Shown here: piece after piece, positions 17,040 to 32,865 of the stretch
Layout of the letters: each line of letters starts with the position of its first letter
Numbering within the stretch: position 1 is the stretch's first letter
Origin: the human T2T-CHM13v2.0 reference genome, Homo sapiens
Direction: 5' to 3' (one strand)
Length of the DNA stretch: 64,000 nucleotides
Assembly: GCF_009914755.1 (NCBI RefSeq)
Contig: NC_060942.1
Made by a program: the position numbers and the translations under genes
Notes under the pieces: generated by a model
What the model was told of the DNA's origin: nothing
Databases searched by the model: none
The model's input: the letters and a program-made list of their open reading frames with translations, nothing else

Positions 17040-19140
17040 TACTTTTAAACAATCAGATCTTGTGAGTATTCACTCACTATCATGAGATTAGCAAGGGGGA
17101 AATCCATCCCCATGATCCACAATCACCTCCCACCATGCCCCTCCTCCAATTCAACATGAGATTTGGGCAGGGACAAAAATCCAAACCATATCATTCTGCC
17201 CATGGCCCCTCCCAAGTTTCATGTCCTTCTCACACTGCAAAATACAATGATCCTTTCTCAACAGTCCTCCAGTCTTAACTCATTTCAGCATTAACACCAA
17301 AGTCTACAGTTCAAAGTCTCATCTGAGACAAGGCAAGTCCCTTTGTCTTATGAGTGTGTAAAATAAAAAACAAATTAGTTACTTCCAAGATACAAAGGAG
17401 GTACAGGCATTGGGTAAATACTCTCATTTCACGAGGGAGAAATTGGATAAAAGAAAGGGGAAACTGGTCCCAAGCAAGTTCAAAACTTGGCAGGACAGTT
17501 GTTACATCTTAAAGCTTCAAAATGATGTTCTTTGACCCCATGAATCACATCCGGAGAATACTGGTGTGAGGGGTATGGTCCCACAGCCTTCAGCAGCTCT
17601 GCCTTTATTGCTCTGCACGGTACAGATCCCCTGTCTGCTTTCAGAGCTGGTGTTGAGTGCCTGCAGCTTTTCCAGGCACATGGTGCAAGCTGTTGGTGGA
17701 GCTAGCATTCTGGGATCTGAAGGACAGTGGCCCTCTTCTCACAGCTCCACTAGGCAGTGACCCAGTGGGGACTAAGTGTGGGGGCTCCAACCCCACATTT
17801 TCCCTTTGCACTGTCCTAGTAGAGGGTCTTCATGAAGGCTCTACCCCTGCAGCAGACTTCTGCCATGACATCCAAGCATTTCCATACATTCTCTGAAATC
17901 TAGGTGGAAGTTCCCAAACCTCAGCTCTTGCCTTCTGTGCACTTACAGGTCCAACACATTGTGGTAGCTGCCAAGGCTTGGGGCTGGTGCCCTCTGAAGC
18001 CATGGCCCAAGCTGTACCTTGGCCCCTTTAAGCCATGGCTGGAACTGGAGAGGCTGGGGCAGAGGGTGCCATTTCTTGAGGCTGTACAGAGCATCAGGGC
18101 CCTGGGCTTGGCCCACGAAACAATTTTTGCCTCTTAGGACTCCAAGCCTGTGTTGGGAGGGGCTGCTGTAAAAATCTCTGAAATGCCCTGGAGACATATT
18201 TCCATATTCTTGGCTATTAACATTCAGCTCCTTGTTATGTATGCAAATTTCTGCAGCAGGCTTGAATTTCTCCCCAGAAAAATGGGTTTTTCTTTTCTAC
18301 TGCATGGATGAGCTGCAAATTTGCTAAACTTTTATTTCTTTTAAATATAAGTTCTAATTTCAGACCATCTCTTTCTTCATGCATTTGAGTGTACACTCTT
18401 AGAAACAGTCAGGTTACTTCTTCAATGCTTTGCCGCTTAGAAATTTCTTCTTCCAGATACCTTAAATCATCTCTCTTAAATTCAAAGTTCCACAGATCTC
18501 TAGGAGGGGGCAAAATGCCACCTGTCTCTTTGCTAAAGCATAGCAAAAGTGACTACTTCAGTTCCCAACAAGTTCCTCATCTCCTATGGGACCACCTCAG
18601 CCTGGATTTCACTGTCCATATCACTATTAACATTTTGATAACAACCATTCAACAAGTCTCTAGGAAGTTCCAAACTTTCACTCATCTCCCTGTCTTCTTT
18701 GAGCTCTCCAAACTGTTCCAACCTCTGCCTGCTACCCAGTTCCAAAGTCACTTCCACATTTTCAGGTATCTTTATAGCAGTGCCCGACTCCTAGTACAAA
18801 TTTTCTGTATTAGTCCATTTTCACACTGCTACAAAGAACTACCTGAAACTGGGTAATTTACGAAGACAATAGGTTTTGTTGACTCACAGTTACACATGGC
18901 TGTGGAGGACTCAGGAAACTTACAATCATGCGAATGGTGAAGGGGAAGTAAACGTCCCTTTTTACATGGCAGCAGGAGAGAAAAAGATAAGGGGGAAGTG
19001 CCACACACTTTTAAACAATCAAATCTTGTGAGAACTCATTCACTATCATGAGAACAGCAAGGGGGAAATCTGGCCCCATGATCCAATCACCTCCCATCAG
19101 GCCCCTCCTCCAATTCGACATGATATTTGGGTGGGAACAT
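17040..19140 (-). mobile_element. MSTA-like MaLR provirus (partial LTR 17040-17193, internal 17194-18805, LTR 18806-19140)
   Basis: LTR end ccaaaccatatca, ~1.6 kb of typical MST-int, second LTR starting tgtattagtcc. Confidence 0.92.
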
Positions 19141-21099
19141 TGCTGTTCTATTTTTCAGGGGGCAGTGAGCTATTATTTAAACATTTTTCTATGAAACAAC
19201 ACAGTCCTTAGTGACCAAATCATTTCGATTGCTGCTGGCAGGTGCAATGAGTACTACATTAAAATGGCATATGCAAAAGTGTAAATATAATTTTCAAATA
19301 TTTTTAACTTTCTCATAGAGTGAAGTAGTTTACAATAATTGAATTATTATATTCATTGCAAGCAGAGAAATATCACCTATATTTAAAGTATATTAAAAGG
19401 TAAAACTTTTATTAGAGAAGGGTAACAATCAGAACTTGCTGATTAGTTCTATGGTAGAATTGCCTCCATGGTTTCATATTGAGAATTAGCACTAAGCTAA
19501 TACCAGAAGAACAAAATTAATAAGATATTGGCCTTGCCCTTGAAAAACTTTGAGTCCAATATTTATTGATATTTCTCAACCTATAAAAATTAAATAGTTT
19601 GTGTTCTATGTCAGACTTCTCACAAAAATGTCCTATTAAAATCCTTTGGATATATTTTTAACAGATTTTTAGGTGCTAGATTATTAATCTCCACAAACAG
19701 AGAAAGCAACTCAATTCAGTTTGTATTGAATAAAAATAAGTGAGCTTATGTTCATACTTAACAATAGTCACCATTCAGAGGATTTTCTCTAAAAACATTA
19801 AATAAAGTGGATACAGTATCTACCTTAATCTTTTTCAGAGAGCTTTTTTCTTTTATATCATCAAATATAGTCAGCAATTACATATTTTTTTGCATTTATC
19901 AGTTTTTATTTCCATTATGTCCCTTCTACTGGACCATAAAGCCTTTCAAAGAAGATAATGGGTCTAATTAGTTTATATTTGTATCCTCAGAGCCTAGGAT
20001 GGGGTATGACATTTATCATTAGGGATTCAATAAATAGATTATAATACCAAAAAGCAGGAAACAAAATGTTCCTTTCATTTATATTTTAAGTGGAATGAAG
20101 TGTTTTTATGTTTTGCTTTCGCGTTTTGGTTTTAATTTAAAATGATTCTGCACCAAAGACTATAACATTTTGGGGAAAAATGAGATATAATAATGAAATG
20201 TACTCCAAATAGAAAAAAAGTAATTGTAACCCACATTCTTATAGATTGCCTAAAGCTTCCATTGAATTATTTCTTTTATCTTTATTAAGTATTTTTATCC
20301 GAAGAAATAAAGCCCCAAGGCCAAAATACAAATATGGTTTTTAATAGTGTTCTAATGATAGTAATGTTTTATGCCAGAGGTGCTAAATCTATTGCTGCTT
20401 CTTCTTATGTTGACCTATTTCTCCCCATTTGGTTAAGATCAGCTTTTCCAAATTTTAGTAATTGTTTCATTAAAGCATTTAAATATCACAAGATAAAAAA
20501 GTGTAGATAATATTATTTGATTCACTTAAAAGTTTATAAAATCATATCTCAATATAAGTTAATATTATCAATCAAAGGATCAACTATGACAATTTTTGAT
20601 TAACTTTTAGCAAGAGAATTTATATTTTGCATTGAAGTCTGGTTTCATAGTTTGTTGTCTAAAGAACTGTGTGCAAATAAAGAATTCTACCTTTGTGTGC
20701 TAAGGTCAACATGATGTATAGGAGACTGAGCTTAGTTCAACAGTCAGAATGCTGGGCAGGTTTTTAACTAGGTTATTTAATATTTACCTCTTTTTATAAT
20801 ATTGACATATTGTTTATTTGTATATCACACATTCATGAGTAATAGATTTACCCAATGCTAAACTTGACTAATAATTCAAAAGAGACAAGCAGTCCCTAGA
20901 TCAGGAGAAATACTGTCTTCTTACAGCAGTCTGAGACTAATCAAAAATGCACCTTTGCTCCCAGATTCAGAACTATTTTAATTTTAGGTTTAAGAGATGT
21001 GTTTCTTGAGAAATGTATGGAGAGGGATCAATCACACAGAGGGAGTGCTGAAGGTTTTGAAACATTCTTGTTCTATAATCCATTAATTACACAGTGTAC

Positions 21100-21354
21100 T
21101 TTTTTTATTTTTTATTTTTTGAGACAGGGTCTTGCTCTGTCCCCCAGGTTCCAGTGCAGTAGTGCAATCATTGACTCACTGCAGCTTTTTATTTTTTATT
21201 TTTTGAGACAGGGTCTTGCCCGGTCCCCCAGGTTCCAGTGCAGTAGTGCAATCATTGACTCACTGCAGCTTCAACCTCCCAGGCTCAACTTATGCTCCTC
21301 CTTCAGTGTCCCTAGTACCTGGGACCACAGGCATGCCCAGCTATGCCCAACTAA
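21100..21354 (-). mobile_element. AluJ/FRAM-like right arm with an internal 84-bp tandem duplication
   Basis: gagacagggtcttgc occurs at 21121 and 21205. TSD tacacagtgtactt/tacacagcttactt. Confidence 0.88.
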
Positions 21355-23409
21355 TACACAGCTTACTTGACTAGCTTCCAGGCTCCAGCCAGCCATTCCC
21401 TGCAAACTCATAACTTCCAAGTTGACTTACAGATAAAGTATCTAATCATATCTGGTAAAAGCTGCTTAAAACATTTAACTGATTGTAACTCTGATAATTG
21501 TCCAGTGTCCACTAGTAAATAACATTAGCACTTTGACCAGGAGATCTGGTGGGAAAAGGCAGGGTGGGGGGTTATTACATTAGTATGTTTATGAGGAGAT
21601 GTAGTTGAGGTTCTTCATTTCTTTTGGTTGCCCAGTGCCAGATACAGAGTAAATGGCTTATAGGACTGCAGTTTACTCTGTCCTTCCCATTGAGCAAAGC
21701 ACTGGTAACTATCTAATGACAGGTATGAGTAATTTTTTCCCCTAAATTTCTTAAAACAGCTAATATATAAAGTGTGGCTAGGAATTACCTACTTTTCTTG
21801 GTTGCTCTGTAAAACTACATTTTCCTTTTCTTGAAAATGCATAATTATTAATTTCAAGCTTGCCATATTTTAAAAGGGAAAGTAAGAGTTTCTCTGAGAT
21901 AATAAAACAATATGTTGAATATCAGCCCCTAATCTGTTCTGCCTATACAATGCTAAATAATCAGATTTTTATCTGATTTTATATATATAGCTTAAATCCC
22001 TCCACTAGTGTATCTTCAGATAATCTTTGAGGAAAATATAAATGTCAAATATTTAAAGGACTCAGAATCAAGCTATTGGGAATAGTGTTAGGACTTCTGC
22101 AGGATTTCAGATATAAAGAAATACAGACTTTGTATCACTTTAACCCTCTCGTCATTCAAAATCTTTTACATGAAAGCTATGATGCCAACTGTACCATCTC
22201 TCCCTATGCTATTGTTACTATAAATAGATAAATGCTGTATCACAAATGAGCATTGTCTGTTGCTATTCTTTTGTTCAGTTTGCAAGGACCCCTTTCATGT
22301 AATCTCTTACTTCTCAGTGCATGGGCAGGTTCAACCAGAAGAGTTAATACAATGTTGCCATCTTGATTTAATATTAAATTACTTTTGTGCCATTTCTTTT
22401 CTTTAAACAACAAAAAAAATGCAGTGCCCACCTTTTCTGTATGCATTATTTCTAGTGTACCAGCAACTCCTATAAAAAGAAGCCCTAGGGGGTTGACTTC
22501 AGTGAAGACTGTTTCCTCTTTGTGATGGTTTGGATGATAGAATGCGTCAATCTTAGCAGCAAGTTAATTTTTGCTACTGTATACGTTTTCAAGGGTGCCC
22601 TTGAAGGAAGGCTGGTGTCACAAGTTTAAAGAAGAGACAGTTTTAGGAGGTTTTATTTTATTTGTTTTTTGTCTGTCTTTTGATCTCAGCATGATTGCTG
22701 GCTGGGAATTGGAACAAAAAATTACTAGAATAAATTGGTTTAGATGAGAAGAATTTTTGCACATAATTCTTACTCATTTGAAAACATTAGTTTAGTCACT
22801 TAAACACAGAGTTACTATATGATAGTTTCAGTGGATTCAGTCTTATTACTTTTAACTCAGAATTAACTTCCAGCTTACATTTTTATTGAGAATGTAATTA
22901 TTGGAGCCGAGGCTTACTAATAATTTTCTTTTGTTGGAAATGGCATTATGAGCATTGAGGTATACTGGTAGCTCTCTCTTATCCTGAATAATATGGTCAA
23001 TAAATAAAAAAAATAGAGAGACAAGGGAAATCCGAGGCCCCCCAGATACAAAACAACAGCTTTGCACATTTTTATTTATTTAGGGTTTTTTTAAATGACT
23101 ATCTGATTTGTGTGATGAATATTTGAAACTTCTACTCAATTATCAACTTGATTATAAAAATATCTAATCATGCACCTAAGCTAATAATTATAGGAAACTT
23201 CTACCCTTATACAAAAATCCCGCTTGGAATTTATACTTTAAGTTTACAACAGACTGTTGGGTTAATTTTATTATTTTGACTGGATAGTCATATATAGATG
23301 ATCTCCTTAGAAATTCACATAGCTCATTTAATTCAATTAATCATATATTGTCAAATGACTAAGTGCTGACTATACCCAAGACCTCTTTATATACAGCCTC
23401 TTAATTTTC

Positions 23410-23925
23410 TGTGGTAGTTTTAAAATTTGTGTAAAAACTCTTTGACCTTTCTCACAGTGAATGTTGAAGTGGTCTTTGTTACCTCTTCTTGAAACTGGAT
23501 TGGATTTTATAACTTTTTCTACAAATGAAACTTTTTTTTATGATACAACTGAAATTATGTGACTTCTGAGAGTTGGTCATAAAAGGTGATATTCACACTA
23601 GTTTTCCTTCTTGAAATCTTCAGCCAGCATATACACACCCTACTGACCTAAGGCCACCATGCTGTGAAGATGCCAAAAATAATCTACTAGAAAAGACGAG
23701 ACTGGGATCACCAAGACTAAGAGAGAGACTGAGAGAGATACTTGCAAGTTTGCAGCAGTTCTGGCCACTTTCAGTCCAGATATAGTCACTGTGTTACTGC
23801 AGAGGGCATAAAATCCTAGTAAGGATTTTTCTAAATTCCTGACCCACAAAAGTTGTAAGAAATATAAAGTGACCATTTTTATTAAGTTTTATAGTGATTT
23901 TCTTTTGAGCTTTAGAAAATCAGTT
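23410..23925 (+). mobile_element. MLT1F/G-like solo LTR
   Basis: tgtggtagttttaaaa...gtgacttctgag...ggccaccatgctgtga...aattcctgacccacaaaa. Confidence 0.75.
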
Positions 23926-24019
23926 TCTTCCAGCATATTTACGAGGGGGACGTTAGCTATCTGAAAAATCTAGTTAAAATAGGTTTATTTTTTGCAATAG
24001 TTGTACATTGAATCTACTA

Positions 24020-24120
24020 AATGAGTAATTATTAAGTACCTACAATGTGCCAAACACGATTAATATTTGAGAATAGAGTAGTAAGTAGAGACACATTCTC
24101 TGCATCATGAAGCCTACCTA
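24020..24120 (-). mobile_element. L2 3' fragment
   Basis: ttattaagtacctacaatgtgccaaacac motif. Confidence 0.5.
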
Positions 24121-24267
24121 TCTATTAGAAATGTAATCTCTTACTTCCTGGTGCATGTGCAGAAAAGCAACACAGAGATCAGGTGAAAGGACAGGATCAA
24201 CCATTTTCTTTAAGATGCCAATTATAGCACATCTCAAGATAACATATTGATTTAGTAGTGATTTCAA

Positions 24268-24565
24268 GGCAGGGCGTGGTGGCTTATGCCTGTAATCCTA
24301 GCACTTTGGGAGGCCGCGGTGGGCAGATCACGAGGTCAGGAGTTGAAGACCGGCCTGGCCGATATGGTGAAACCCCGTCTCTACTAAAAATACAAAAATT
24401 TAGCCAGGTGTGGTGCGCACTTGTAGTCCCAGTTACTCGGGAGGCTGAGGCAGAAGAATCACTTGAACCTGGGAGGCAGAGGTGCAGTGAGCCGAGATTG
24501 CACCATTGCACTCCAGCCTGGGCAACAAAGACAGACTCCATCTCAAAAAAAAAAAAAAAAAAAAA
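24268..24565 (+). mobile_element. AluS (Sg/Sc-like)
   Basis: Full Alu with poly-A. TSD agtagtgatttcaa/agtggtgatttcaa. Confidence 0.95.
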
Positions 24566-24743
24566 GTGGTGATTTCAAAAACACTTTAAATTCAAAAATT
24601 ATTGCCAATAATATGAAAATACTAAGATTATAGTCTAAATTCTCTAACTCCTATAACTGTGCTACTTTGACTACTCCATGGGGCTGATTATCTTTATTGC
24701 ACATGTTCTTATATTTACAAAGAAATGTATTTTGGACAATGCA

Positions 24744-25046
24744 TTATTTTGTTTTGTTTCTTTTGAGATGGAGTCTTGCTCTGTCATCCAGGCTAGAGTG
24801 CATTGGCACGATCTCAGCTGACTGCAACCTCTGCCTACTGGGTTCAAGCGATTCTCCTGCCTCAGCCTCCCAAGTAGATGGGATTATAGGCCCATGCCAT
24901 CACACCCAGCTAAGTTTTGTATTTTTTAGTAGAGATGGGGTTTTGCCACATTGGCCAGGCTGTTCTCAAACTCCTGACTTCAAGTGATCCAACTGCCTTA
25001 GCCTCACAAATTTCTCGGATTACAGGCATGAGCCATCGTGCCTGGT
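24744..25046 (-). mobile_element. AluS (Sx/Sz-like)
   Basis: Full antisense Alu. Confidence 0.93.
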
Positions 25047-25049
25047 TGA

Positions 25050-25402
<353 letters not shown>

Positions 25403-26679
25403 AGGTGCTATTGATCTTATATTGCCCAATGTTCTTTCAAAAACATAAGTACAGTAAATTCTTTATATGTTCTTTAGTCTTGAATAGGAAACAGAATTAT
25501 CCATGGTACTACATGTGCTACACTTTTCTGCTCAGGTAGCAAATCAAGAGTCAGTGATTATAAATTAAGTACAAAAGAGATGGCAATAGTTCAAATGGAA
25601 CACTGACAATGTTCTTAATATATCTGCCAACCTACTTGCATTAATGTGGAATAAGATTGTGTACTTATCTTGAACTTAAATCACAAAAAGCACATTCAAA
25701 TCATTCTAAAGACAATAATTACATGCACAGCACTTGAGTTACACAAGAACTTTCCTCCTCTCATTCAGAAAATTGTTCCCAATTGCCACTTTTGCTTTTG
25801 CATCTCTCTAACTCATTACACTTTGTGAAGCTGCAATTGACAGTTAAAATAGATTTCAGTAGTATTAGCTCTAATTTCAGTAGATTAAATGCTGAGGATA
25901 AGAGCATGGAATATTCTGATTAGGTATACTTAAAAGACTCCTTTACAGACGGAATGTAGGAACTTAAAAACTGGAGACTAAAATATGTTTACTTTTATAT
26001 CTTTAGTGTCAAATAGCAGATCATGATTCTAAGGTGAAATGGTTTATATTGGTGCCTAACAAACAAACTAAAAACTTTCTTGTTTATTTTTCTTTTCATT
26101 TGAAAAATTAGCTCCAGTAATTGGACAAAATCTATGAAATGAGTTAGATTTTATTTTGTCTTGAACGTCATGGCCCAGTGGAGAATATAGATGCACTTAC
26201 AAAAATCTATTTACTTAAGGACTCCAGTAACTGGCAATGACTAGAGAAGTGGCAAGGAAATGTCTACTAAGACAAAGCACATATATATCCACAGAATATC
26301 AAGTACTCAGTTGAATATGGTGTTGGGCAAAGAATGACTCCCATGGAATATAGGGTTAGAAAAGTATAAATGGAACTGGTTTGCAGTTGATTTAATGGTG
26401 AAGTGCTTTCTTCATCTCTGAGGACTGGGTATCTGGCTGTTTAATCATAGCCAAATAAAGGGGAATAGACGATATAAGGTCCTGATTACAGTCTAAAATT
26501 CTCTTGGTGATCCCAGATTCAGTTTCCTTGCTGATGGGTTTATACCTGGACTAATCAGTCAGCCAGCCTGGCATGGCTAAAGTCCAGAGGGGCATACAAT
26601 CCCCAGGTCTCTGTGGCAGTCATGGGAAAATGCCACGGAGATTGTGCTTAAAGGGAGGAACTGCTGGGAGAATTTGATA

Positions 26680-27076
26680 ACCTGGAATTCTCCAGTGGCT
26701 ACACCTTCAAGGTGTGCTGTAGAGTTTACACTGTCCTCACATATATGTTGGGCTGCTCTCAGCCAATGGCTAAGCAAGCAGGGAAATTGGAGCTGGACCA
26801 TTCCTGACAAATGAAAGACTTAGTCAATGGGCAGTCTTTGCTTTGAGGGTCCCCATTAGCCTGGTTGAAATTCTCTGAGAACTGCACTCTAATCAGAGGC
26901 TCTTTCTATGCAGCCCTCATTACACCTCTCTCTACTTTCAAAGGGGTCAACCTTGCATTGTGGTCTGAAGTCTCCACACCTACCTCTGCTTTCTATCCTT
27001 TGTTCACTTGCATTTCCTCCAACAACTGTCCTATATATCTTGTTCCTTCTTGATAACTGTTGTTTGGAAGACTGGA

Positions 27077-27078
<2 letters not shown>
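26680..27078 (+). mobile_element. LTR16-like ERVL LTR
   Basis: ctctcagccaatggct...gaactgcact...gaggctctt...tggtctgaag motifs. Confidence 0.55.
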
Positions 27079-27117
<39 letters not shown>

Positions 27118-27127
27118 CTCTCTCTCT
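27079..27127. repeat. (CA)n(CT)n compound microsatellite
   Basis: Directly visible. Confidence 0.97.
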
Positions 27128-27138
27128 AAATAGAATTA

Positions 27139-29538
27139 TAGGCATACCTCAGATCCTCAGATATATTACAAGTTTGTTTCCATGCCACCACAATAAAATA
27201 GCTATCACAATAAAGTGAGTCACACAAAGTTTATGGTTTCGCAGTACATATAAAAGTCATATTGACAATATGCAGTAGTCTGTTAAGTGTGTAATAGCAT
27301 TATGTCTACAAAACAATGTGTATATCTTAATTTAAAAATGCTTTATTTCTTAAAAAATGCTGACAATCACCAGAGCCTTCAGTGATTTATAATATTTTTG
27401 CTGGTGGAACGTCTTGCCTCATTGTTGATGGCTGGTGACTGATCTGGGTGGTGGTTGCTGAAGCTTGGATGGATGAGCCAATTTATTTACATAAAACAAC
27501 AATAAAGTTTGCTGTGTCAATTTACTCTTCCTTTCCTAAAGGCTTCCCTGTAGCATGTTATGCTATTTGATAGCATTTTAACCACAGTAGAATTTGTTTC
27601 AAAATTTGATTCAATCCTTTCAAACTCTCCTGCTGCTTTATCAACTAAGTTTATGTAACATTTTAAATCTTTTGTTGTCATTTCAACAGTGTTTACAGGA
27701 TCTTTACCAGAAATAGTTTCCATCTCAAGAAACCACTTTTTTGGCTCATCTGTAAGAAGCAACTTCTCATCCATTCAAATCTGATCCATGAGATTGCAGC
27801 AATTCAATCACACCTTCAGGTTTCACTTCTAATTCTATTTCTCTTGCTTCTTTCACTATATCTGCAATTGCTTCCTCCACTGAAGTGTTAAATCTGTCAG
27901 AGTTATGAGTTATCCATAAGGGTCAGAATCAAGTTTTTCCTAACTCCTGTTAACATTAATATTTTGACCTCCTTCCTGAATTACAAATGTTTTAATGGCA
28001 TCTACAGTGGTGAAGCCTTCACCGAAAGTTTTCAATTTACTTTTCCTATACCCATCAGATGAATCACTATTCATGGAAACTATACTCTTACAAAATATAT
28101 TTCTTAAATAATAAGACTTGAAAGTCAAAAATACTCTTTGATTCATGGGCAGAAGAAGGAATATGTTAGCAGGCATGGAAACAACATTAATCTCCTTGTA
28201 CATTTCCATAGAGCTCTTACTTGACTAGGTGTATTTTCAATGAACAGGAATATTTTGGAAATAATCTCTTTTTTAAAAAAGCAATAGGTCTCAACAGGGG
28301 ACTTAAAGTATTTAGTAATACCTGTTGCAAATGGTTTTGCAGTCATCCAAGCTTTGTTCTTCCATTTATAGAACACAGAGATTTAGCATCATTCCAAAGG
28401 GTCGTAGAATTTTTGAAATGGTGAAAGAGCATTGCCTTCAACTTAATATAACCAGCTATTTTAACCTCTAACATGAGAATTAGCCTTTCCTTGGACCTTT
28501 GAAGTTAAGCACTGACTTCTCTCTACCTATGAAAATCCCAGTTGGCATGTTTCAATCAATTTATTTTAATTTACTTTGAAAATTTGTTGTTTAAAGGAGC
28601 CACCTTCATCAATGATCTTAGCTAGATCTTCTGGATAACTTGGTACATCTTCTACATTAGCACTTGATGCTTCGCCTTGCACTTTTATATCATGAATATG
28701 GCTTCTTTCCTACAACCTCATGAACCAACTTCTGGTAGCTTCAAACATTTTTCTGAAGCTTCCTTACTTCTCTCAGCCTTCATAGAATTGAAGAGCACTG
28801 GGGTCTTGCTCTGGATCAGACTTTGGCTTAAGGGACTGTTGTATCTACTTTGATCTATCCAGACCACTAAAGTATTCTTAATATCAGCAATAAGACAGTT
28901 TCACTTTCTTAACACTAGAGTAGCACTTTTAATTTTCTTCAATAACTTTGTCATTGCTCTTTCACAATGTGGCTCACTGTTTGCCACTAGAGGCCTACCT
29001 GTTGGCCTATCTTGGCTTTTGACATGCCTTCCTCATTATACTTACTTCTACTTTTTTCCTTAAAGTGATGGATGTGCAACTCTTCCTTTCACTTGAACAC
29101 ATGGCAGCCAATTTAGGGCTATTAATTGGCCTAATCTCAATGTTGTTGTGTTTCAGGGAATACAGAAGCCAAAGCAATGGGAGAAAGATGGGGAAAGAGC
29201 CAGTTGGTAGAGCAGTCAGAACACACAACACATTTATTCATTAAGGTTGCCTTCTTATATGGGCACAGTTTGTGGCACCCAAAACAATTGCAATAGTAAC
29301 ATCAAAAATAATTGATTACATATCACCATAATAGATATAATAATAATTAAAAAGTTTAAAATATTGAGAGAATTAGACCAAAATGTGACACAGTGACATG
29401 AAGTGAGCACATGCTATTGGAAAGAAATGTTGCTGACAGATTTGCTCAACACAGGGATGGCAGAAACCTTCACTTTTTAAGAAGTACAATATCTGTGTAT
29501 CTCAGTAAAGCTAAGCACAATAAAACAAGGTGTGCCTG
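27139..29538 (-). mobile_element. Full-length Tigger1 (TcMar) fossil
   Basis: TIRs (c/t)aggcatacct ... aggtgtgcctg, about 2.4 kb apart. Minus-strand ORFs 27517-27774, 27940-28209 and 28143-28376 (KWKNKAWMT) are Tigger1-derived, the latter two from the DDE transposase. Confidence 0.95.
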
Positions 29539-29606
29539 CACATCATTGACTAAATAAAGACATTTATACTTGGCACCTTCATTAACAAAAATTCTAAAAT
29601 ACTTTA

Positions 29607-29835
29607 AAGTGGGAGTTGAACAATGAGAACACATGGACACAGGGAGGGGATCATTGCACACCATGGCCTGTCAGGGGCTGGGGGTCTGGGGGGCTGGGGA
29701 AGAGATAGAATTAGGAGAAATACTTAATGTAAATGACAGGTTGGTGAGTGCAGCAAACTACCATGGCACGTGTATACCTATGTAGCAAACCTGCACGTTC
29801 TGCACATATATCCCAGAACTTAAAGTATATAAAAG
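29607..29835 (+). mobile_element. L1PA7/8-like 3' end
   Basis: gtgggagttgaacaatgag...cagaacttaaagtat. Candidate TSD tactttaaag. Confidence 0.88.
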
Positions 29836-29892
29836 AATTTTTTTCTTTACTTTAAAGCAGTTATATATATTTATATATTTTCCTGGTAGAAC

Positions 29893-29989
29893 TTTTTTTT
29901 TTTTTTTTTTCTGAGACAGAGTTTGCTCTTGTCGCCCAGGCTGGAGTGCAGTGGCATGATCTCAGCTCACTGCAACCTCCACCTCTCCC
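29893..29989 (-). mobile_element. Severely 5'-truncated AluSq/Sp
   Basis: Only the last ~80 nt plus tail. TSD ggtaga(a)cttttt. Confidence 0.88.
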
Positions 29990-30235
29990 GGTAGACTTTT
30001 TGTAATATAGAGGAACAATAAATTTCAGTATAGATCTGAGCAAATGTCAATTAATTTTGAAAAAACTCATACCCATTTATTCATCAGTATGTACTGAGTA
30101 TTGGATCAAGCTCCAGTGATATGATAAGACAAAGATGATCAAAACTTGTTCTCAAATTACATAGTCTTCTGGAGGATACAAATAAATAAATATTATACAT
30201 CTAGAAATTTGTGCTAAATTAGGAGAAGTACCAAG

Positions 30236-30930
<695 letters not shown>

Positions 30931-31659
30931 AAAAGGTATCTAGCACACATATGGATGAGCTGGAATGGTCTTTGTAGTATAGGTGACAAATTCTGTGGAG
31001 AGAAAAAGAAATGCATCAAAGACCAGAGTCCAAGGAGAAAATGATGATGTTGAGGGTATAAAACATGTAACTTGTTTGAAATGAAAAGTATAACTTGTTA
31101 TTGACAAAAGTTGAAGCTGGAGAAATAAGCAGCCCCATATTTCAAAGCCTCATATAGTGTGGTAAGGACCAATAAAGTCAAGAGGAAACCATTTAGGGCT
31201 ATCAAGAAGTTGTATGTTCGGATTTATCTTTTAATTTTAACATATTGTTGCTGCAGTCTGAAAATGAATTGAGAGCTCCATATTGGGAAATACAAATAAT
31301 AAACATCCTGAAAAGGAGTTTCTGTTGGAAAATCAATAATTACCCTGAACAATATGTAATAAACATATTTTAAATCCATAGCTTAGCAGGAACCAGGAAT
31401 GAATGTGCAAAATCTTAAATATCCAAAATAACAAAAGCAAGCTTTAAAAAATCCAGGTATCTGATGTGTACAAAAAAAACATAAATAATAAATGTAAACA
31501 AAATAAATTAGAGGCTTATTAAAGAGAATACTAAGAAATTTGGGGTACTTATGAACTACGTACTTACAAATAACAGAAAAATAATGCATAACAAGTTGTA
31601 CAATTTGCTGGGTAGATAAAACTGAGTTTGTATATATCAATTAAAATAGTTTTGATGTA

Positions 31660-32865
<1,206 letters not shown>

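Noticed and set aside
27517-28376. Domesticated transposase (TIGD-like) gene
   Set aside because: Fragmented frames within a TIR-bounded Tigger1 fossil.
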